Notes under the pieces: model-generated
What the model saw: only the letters and a program-made list of their open reading frames with translations
The model's database searches: none
What the model was told of the DNA's origin: nothing
DNA from: Methanothermobacter thermautotrophicus str. Delta H
Lineage (GTDB): Archaea > Methanobacteriota > Methanobacteria > Methanobacteriales > Methanothermobacteraceae
Assembly: GCF_000008645.1 (NCBI RefSeq)
Contig: NC_000916.1
Span: 1,530,001 to 1,562,000, forward strand
Direction: 5' to 3'
DNA length: 32,000 bases
Translations under genes and position numbers: made by a program
Shown here: positions 27,941 to 32,000 of the stretch, piece by piece
Numbering within the stretch: position 1 is the first letter of the stretch
Layout of the letters: every line of letters begins with the position of its first letter

Positions 27941-29512
27941 ATGAGGGATAAGCGGAAGGAAATTCTGAAGGAGATCCTCGGGGAATTTGCAGCGGATGAG
28001 GAAGAACCACCCCGTGAGGAAAGGAAGGAGAGGCAGGCGGAATCGGAATTCAAGGTCGAAAAGGTACTTGAGAAGCCCAAGCCAAAACCAGCCTCTCCAC
28101 GGGTTGATTTAAAGGACGTTGAGATAATTGAGGGAGACCTCATACCCCAGTACAAGGTTTCCCTTCCCAAGTTCTCTGAGAAGGAGAGGGAGCTCCTCAA
28201 TGAGATCCGGGAAAAACTGGTTGAGGTCGCAGTCTCCAAGGGTGAAGAGTTCAGAATAGATGAATCCACCTTCATGTCTGAGGTTAAGGAGTTCCTCAGG
28301 ATGAAGGGAGTTCGTAATGTTGACAAACTGGCAAAGCAGATATCCCAGGAGATGCTGGGGTACGGTGAACTGGACCCCCTAATAAAGGACGATGACCTTG
28401 AGGAGATAATGGTAATAGGTGTCAAAAAACCGGTATTCGTCTACCACAGGAAGCTTGGTATGATGATTACCAATGTCGTCTTCAACAACGATGACGACAT
28501 AAAGGCCATCGTCGACCTCATCGCAAGGCAGGTCAACAGGCGTATAGACCAGCAGACCCCAATACTTGATGCGAGGCTCCCCGATGGTTCAAGGGTCAAT
28601 GCAACAATACCCCCGGTTTCTCCAGATGGTTCCACCCTCACCATCCGAAAATTCAGGAAGGATCCCTTCACTGTTGTTGACCTCATAAACTTCAAGACCA
28701 TGTCATCCCACCTTGCAGCCTTCCTCTGGGTATGCACAGATGGGCTGGGTGTGAAACCATGCAACGCCATAGTGGCGGGGGGTACCGGGTCCGGTAAAAC
28801 AACAACCCTGAACACAGTATCGGCATTCGTGCCTCCTACTGAGCGTATAATAACCATCGAGGATACCCTGGAGCTTCAGCTACCCCACACCCATGTACTC
28901 AGGATGGAGACAAGGCCGCCCAACATAGAGGGTAAGGGGGAACTTGACATGGACACCCTCGTCAAGAACTCCCTCCGTCAGAGGCCCGACAGGGTCATTG
29001 TGGGGGAGGTGAGGGGCAGTGAGGCCATAACCCTATTCACAGCCCTCAACACAGGTCACAGTGGATTCGGGACACTCCACGCCAACACAGCAAGGGAAAC
29101 CATAACCCGTCTCATAAACCCACCCATGAATGTCCCCCGGATCATGATACCGGCCCTGGACTTCATAATAATGCAGAACAGGATGTACAGGCCGGAGGGC
29201 GGCTCCATAAGGAGGATAACTGAGGTCGCCGAGGTCGTGGGTATGGAGGAGGGTAACGTCCAGCTCAACAGGGTCTTTGAGTGGAACAGCGTGGCTGATA
29301 AGGTTGAATATGTTGGTATAGCCAGCCAGACCCTCCGGGAGATAGCGGAACTGAGGGCCATAAGCATAAATGAAATCGAGGAGGAAATTGAGAGGAGGAG
29401 GCTCGTCCTTGAATACATGGCCGATGAGAATATAAGGAGCATAGATGAGGTGGGACGTTACATCCATGAATACTACAGGGACCCGGACGGTGTCCTGGAC
29501 AGCATACTCTGA
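27941..29512 (+). CDS. Type II/IV secretion-family ATPase (archaeal type IV pilus/FlaI-like assembly ATPase)
   Basis: Walker [10 protein letters not shown], Walker [10 protein letters not shown], His box [11 protein letters not shown]. Charged N-terminal extension of about 150 aa. ATG 27941 is preferred; the track TTG at 27932 is possible. Confidence 0.85.
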   Translation: MRDKRKEILKEILGEFAADEEEPPREERKERQAESEFKVEKVLEKPKPKPASPRVDLKDVEIIEGDLIPQYKVSLPKFSEKERELLNEIREKLVEVAVSKGEEFRIDESTFMSEVKEFLRMKGVRNVDKLAKQISQEMLGYGELDPLIKDDDLEEIMVIGVKKPVFVYHRKLGMMITNVVFNNDDDIKAIVDLIARQVNRRIDQQTPILDARLPDGSRVNATIPPVSPDGSTLTIRKFRKDPFTVVDLINFKTMSSHLAAFLWVCTDGLGVKPCNAIVAGGTGSGKTTTLNTVSAFVPPTERIITIEDTLELQLPHTHVLRMETRPPNIEGKGELDMDTLVKNSLRQRPDRVIVGEVRGSEAITLFTALNTGHSGFGTLHANTARETITRLINPPMNVPRIMIPALDFIIMQNRMYRPEGGSIRRITEVAEVVGMEEGNVQLNRVFEWNSVADKVEYVGIASQTLREIAELRAISINEIEEEIERRRLVLEYMADENIRSIDEVGRYIHEYYRDPDGVLDSIL

Positions 29513-29522
29513 GGCGTATATA

Positions 29523-30602
29523 ATGGTCTCCATCAGGGATATATTTGACAAACTTGGCGGCATAACACTCACATCCACAAAGAAGGTGGGTGAGGGTGTC
29601 CAGAAGCCGGTTCAGAAGATGGGTGAAATAAAGCCGAAGGCACCCCCCATTGGAAGGCCGGGAGGACTTCTGAAGAGGAGTTCAGAGAAACCAAAGCCAG
29701 GATTTCTCTCAAGGAGGGGCTCCGCCTGCGTTATAAGCCGCATGAAAATGACTCCTGAGGAGATAGAGGTCTTCAAGGGACTCATAGAAGCAGATAAGAG
29801 GCTGGAGGAGAGGGGTGAGGACAGTGCGACTCGTGCCAGCTTTGAGAGGGCGTCTCTTGAGGAACTCCTGAAGGAGGAGGAGAAGGAAAAGCTTGACCCT
29901 AAACTCATAATGATCCTTGGAGGTGGATCAGGAGCGGTCCTCCTGGTGGTGATGGTCCTCCTTGGATTTGGAATTGAGATAGGCCTTGCAATGATGCTTG
30001 CTGTTCTTTTCATGGCGATAATTATAATCTTCCTCCCGAACCTCCAGAGGGGTAAACGTTCAAGTGAGGCTTCAAGGGAACTTCCCTTCGCCCTCCGTCA
30101 GATGGCAACCGAGCTCAAATCCGGTCTCGGGCTCCATGACAGTATGAGATCAGTTGCAATGTCAGGATACGGGGCACTCTCTGAGGAATTTGCAAGGACC
30201 CTTGAGGAGATCAAGTATGGTGAGACAACGGAGAATGCACTCATTGAGATGAGTAACCGCATAGAATCTGATGGGCTTAAGAGGGCGGTTTACCAGATCA
30301 CAAGGACCCTCAACAGTGGTGGGGACCTATCAAAGACCCTGAATGTTATAGCCGATGATATTGCCTATGAAATGAGGATGAAGCTCAAGGACTATTCACA
30401 GAAGCTTAATTCATTCACAATGATATACATGTTCCTGGCGATTCTCGGCCCTGTGATATTCCTCGTCATGCTTCTTGCAGCCGCCACGGTCATGGGTTCA
30501 GTTCTACCACCCATAGCCATAATAATGATATACCTGTTCCTTTTCCCCATGCTCGTGGGGTTCATGGCCTTCATGATAAAAAGACTTGAGCCAAAGCTCT
30601 AG
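29523..30602 (+). CDS. Type II secretion system F-domain membrane protein (TadC/FlaJ-like pilus platform, single-domain form)
   Basis: 359 aa from ATG 29523 (GAGG 9 nt upstream). Hydrophilic N-terminal part, TM cluster, one T2SSF-like cytoplasmic domain (LPFALRQMATELKSGLGLHDSM...) and two C-terminal TM helices. Confidence 0.75.
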   Translation: MVSIRDIFDKLGGITLTSTKKVGEGVQKPVQKMGEIKPKAPPIGRPGGLLKRSSEKPKPGFLSRRGSACVISRMKMTPEEIEVFKGLIEADKRLEERGEDSATRASFERASLEELLKEEEKEKLDPKLIMILGGGSGAVLLVVMVLLGFGIEIGLAMMLAVLFMAIIIIFLPNLQRGKRSSEASRELPFALRQMATELKSGLGLHDSMRSVAMSGYGALSEEFARTLEEIKYGETTENALIEMSNRIESDGLKRAVYQITRTLNSGGDLSKTLNVIADDIAYEMRMKLKDYSQKLNSFTMIYMFLAILGPVIFLVMLLAAATVMGSVLPPIAIIMIYLFLFPMLVGFMAFMIKRLEPKL

Positions 30603-30625
30603 CATCCGGTCGACAGCCACATTAA

Positions 30626-30671
30626 TTTTTTGACAGCTTTGATGGATATCTGAGCTCTGGATCAATTTTTT
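30626..30671 (+). terminator. Two T6 tracts after the pilus platform gene
   Basis: T6 at 30626-30631 and at 30666-30671, in the convergent intergenic region. Confidence 0.4.
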
Positions 30672-30689
30672 AGAACTTTCACTTTACCG

Positions 30690-30695
30690 AAAAAA
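30690..30695 (-). terminator. T6 tract after cbiO
   Basis: A6 on the plus strand, 46 nt downstream of the cbiO stop on the minus strand. Confidence 0.4.
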
Positions 30696-30740
30696 GGTTC
30701 TCCGGGCATTTGAAGCTTCGGATAAATTTTGCACAGCTTT

Positions 30741-31676
30741 TCACTGTTCCTTCAGGGCGTGGAGGAGTTCATGGTATTTCTTCTCACCAAGGAGGTGGAT
30801 GAGCCTGTGCTGTTTCTCCTCGCCCAGAAAATGGAGCAGTCTGTGGTATGCATCTCCACCCAGGAGGTGGAGGAGTTCATGGTAGGTTTCCTCCACAGTC
30901 AGCTTCACATCAACTTCGAAACCAGCCATCCTGAGACGGTTCAGCAGATCAGCCGTCCGTGGAAGCCTTAAACTGGCCCTCCTGATTAGTTCAGCATCCC
31001 TGAATATCTCCAGGGGGGTGCCCTCTGCAATGAGTTCGCCACTGTTAAGGACAAAGACCCTCTCTGCAAACTGACTTATTATTTCAACGTCATGGGAGGA
31101 AATCATGACCGTTATGCCCTCCCTGCTCAGTTCAAGGAGTATCCTGATTATACCATCGGCTGTCTCCGGATCCAGACCGGTCGTTGGCTCGTCAAGAACC
31201 ATGATCTCAGGCTTCATTGCAAGTATACCTGCAATGGCCACCCTCTTCTTTTCCCCTCCGCTCAGGTGGTGTGGCGCCCGGTTCTCATAGCCGCTCATAC
31301 CAACCTTTTCCAGTGATTCAGCCACCCTCTCCTCAACCTCATCCTCAGGAAGGCCGAGATTCATGGGTCCAAAGGCAACATCCTCCCTGACTGTTGGTGA
31401 GAATAGCTGGTCATCAGGGTTCTGAAAGACTATTCCTACCTTCTGCCGGATCTTGATCAGTTCATCCTTGCTGTAGTCTACCCTTTCACCATCAATTATG
31501 ACCTCACCGGCAGCTGGTTTCAGTATACCGTTTAGGTGCAGAAAAAGTGTTGATTTGCCTGCCCCGTTGGGCCCTATAACGGCAACCCTTTCACCCCTCT
31601 CCACCTTCATGTTGATACCCCTGAGGGCTGGTGTGCCGTCCGGGTAGCTGTAGCTTAAATCCCTGAGCTCGATCAT
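30741..31676 (-). CDS. cbiO: ECF-type cobalt transporter ATPase CbiO with a His-repeat C-terminal tail
   Basis: I start at ATG 31676 ([18 protein letters not shown]..). [31 protein letters not shown]. The 44-codon upstream extension in the track overlaps cbiQ and is rejected. Confidence 0.9.
   Translation of the reverse strand: MIELRDLSYSYPDGTPALRGINMKVERGERVAVIGPNGAGKSTLFLHLNGILKPAAGEVIIDGERVDYSKDELIKIRQKVGIVFQNPDDQLFSPTVREDVAFGPMNLGLPEDEVEERVAESLEKVGMSGYENRAPHHLSGGEKKRVAIAGILAMKPEIMVLDEPTTGLDPETADGIIRILLELSREGITVMISSHDVEIISQFAERVFVLNSGELIAEGTPLEIFRDAELIRRASLRLPRTADLLNRLRMAGFEVDVKLTVEETYHELLHLLGGDAYHRLLHFLGEEKQHRLIHLLGEKKYHELLHALKEQ
30744..30893 (-). repeat. In-frame tandem repeat (4 units of 36-39 nt) encoding the CbiO HxxxH tail
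   Basis: The 18-mer gtggaggagttcatggta occurs at 30759-30776 and 30867-30884. Peptide units: [12 protein letters not shown] / [13 protein letters not shown] / [11 protein letters not shown] / [11 protein letters not shown]. Confidence 0.8.
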
Positions 31677-31680
31677 CCAA

Positions 31681-32000
31681 TCACCAGTAGCCGAGCTGGA
31701 GTATATGGAGCAGCGCGAGTATAAAGATGTTTGCGGCTGCAAAGAGGACATCCCACCTGCCAAGGGTGCTTCTTGCAGTGTACATCTGACTGTCTTGACT
31801 GTACCCACGGCTCAGCATGCTGAGGTACACCCTTTCCCCCTGCTCATATGCCCTCAGGAACATCATTGCAATGGTCTCACCCACCTTCCTGAGCCTCCAC
31901 CTATAGGATGTCCTTTTATTCCATATATCAAAGCAACGGGTCTTCTGTGCGTTCCTTATCCTCTCAAGTTCATCATAGAAGAAGAACAGGTACCTTACTG
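31681..32000 (-). CDS. cbiQ: ECF transporter transmembrane (T) component CbiQ, 3' part (5' end lies outside the window)
   Basis: The frame is open from the window edge: ..[54 protein letters not shown].., the conserved C-terminal region of CbiQ/EcfT. The stop lies 4 nt before the cbiO ATG. Confidence 0.75.
   Translation of the reverse strand, partial: VRYLFFFYDELERIRNAQKTRCFDIWNKRTSYRWRLRKVGETIAMMFLRAYEQGERVYLSMLSRGYSQDSQMYTARSTLGRWDVLFAAANIFILALLHILQLGYW

Noticed and set aside
31677-31808. A 44-codon N-terminal extension of cbiO that overlaps the cbiQ 3' end.
   Set aside because: CbiO homologues start at MIELRDL... The extension is out of frame with, and embedded in, the conserved CbiQ C-terminus.

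Overview
The window reads as core chromosome of a methanogenic archaeon of the Methanobacteriales type. The gene order matches what I remember for Methanothermobacter thermautotrophicus around MTH1669-MTH1705, but that is recall, not a search. All homology calls are made by eye from the supplied translations.

I call 38 protein-coding genes in alternating strand blocks:
- tfe, and a comA operon carrying four uncharacterised partner genes.
- ftsZ, then the secE-spt5-L11 and L1-P0-P1 ribosomal clusters.
- alaS, a COG1900 homocysteine-biosynthesis/ferredoxin fusion, thiI, and FBP aldolase/phosphatase.
- An archaetidylinositol-phosphate synthase operon.
- tsaC-radB and an aminotransferase.
- ABCE1, a histone, pth2, an amino-acid-kinase-fold kinase, a Zn-ribbon protein and aEF-1beta.
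- A TctA-like permease and a Zn-ribbon methyltransferase.
- A type IV pilus-like ATPase with its platform protein.
- cbiO and cbiQ.

Two real genes fall below the ORF-track cutoff: secE (59 aa) and the Zn-ribbon protein (53 aa). A third unlisted ORF is the N-terminal half of a split DUF434 gene. I saw no rRNA, tRNA, CRISPR array or mobile element.

Best leads:
1. A translationally coupled module directly downstream of comA in one operon: a permease-less ABC ATPase, a G3E-like metallochaperone NTPase, an RnfB-type Fe-S protein and a CofE-fold protein. It may be an unassigned cofactor or metallocentre maturation system.
2. A four-fold HxxxH histidine repeat tail on CbiO.
3. Two apparent 1-nt frameshifts, one in the DUF434/NYN gene and one in the TctA-like tail.
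4. Two tandem duplications of about 52 nt that each copy a gene terminus: the ef1b 3' end with its hairpin, and the tsaC 5' end with SD and ATG.
5. A conserved L1 autoregulatory mRNA helix inside rpl1.
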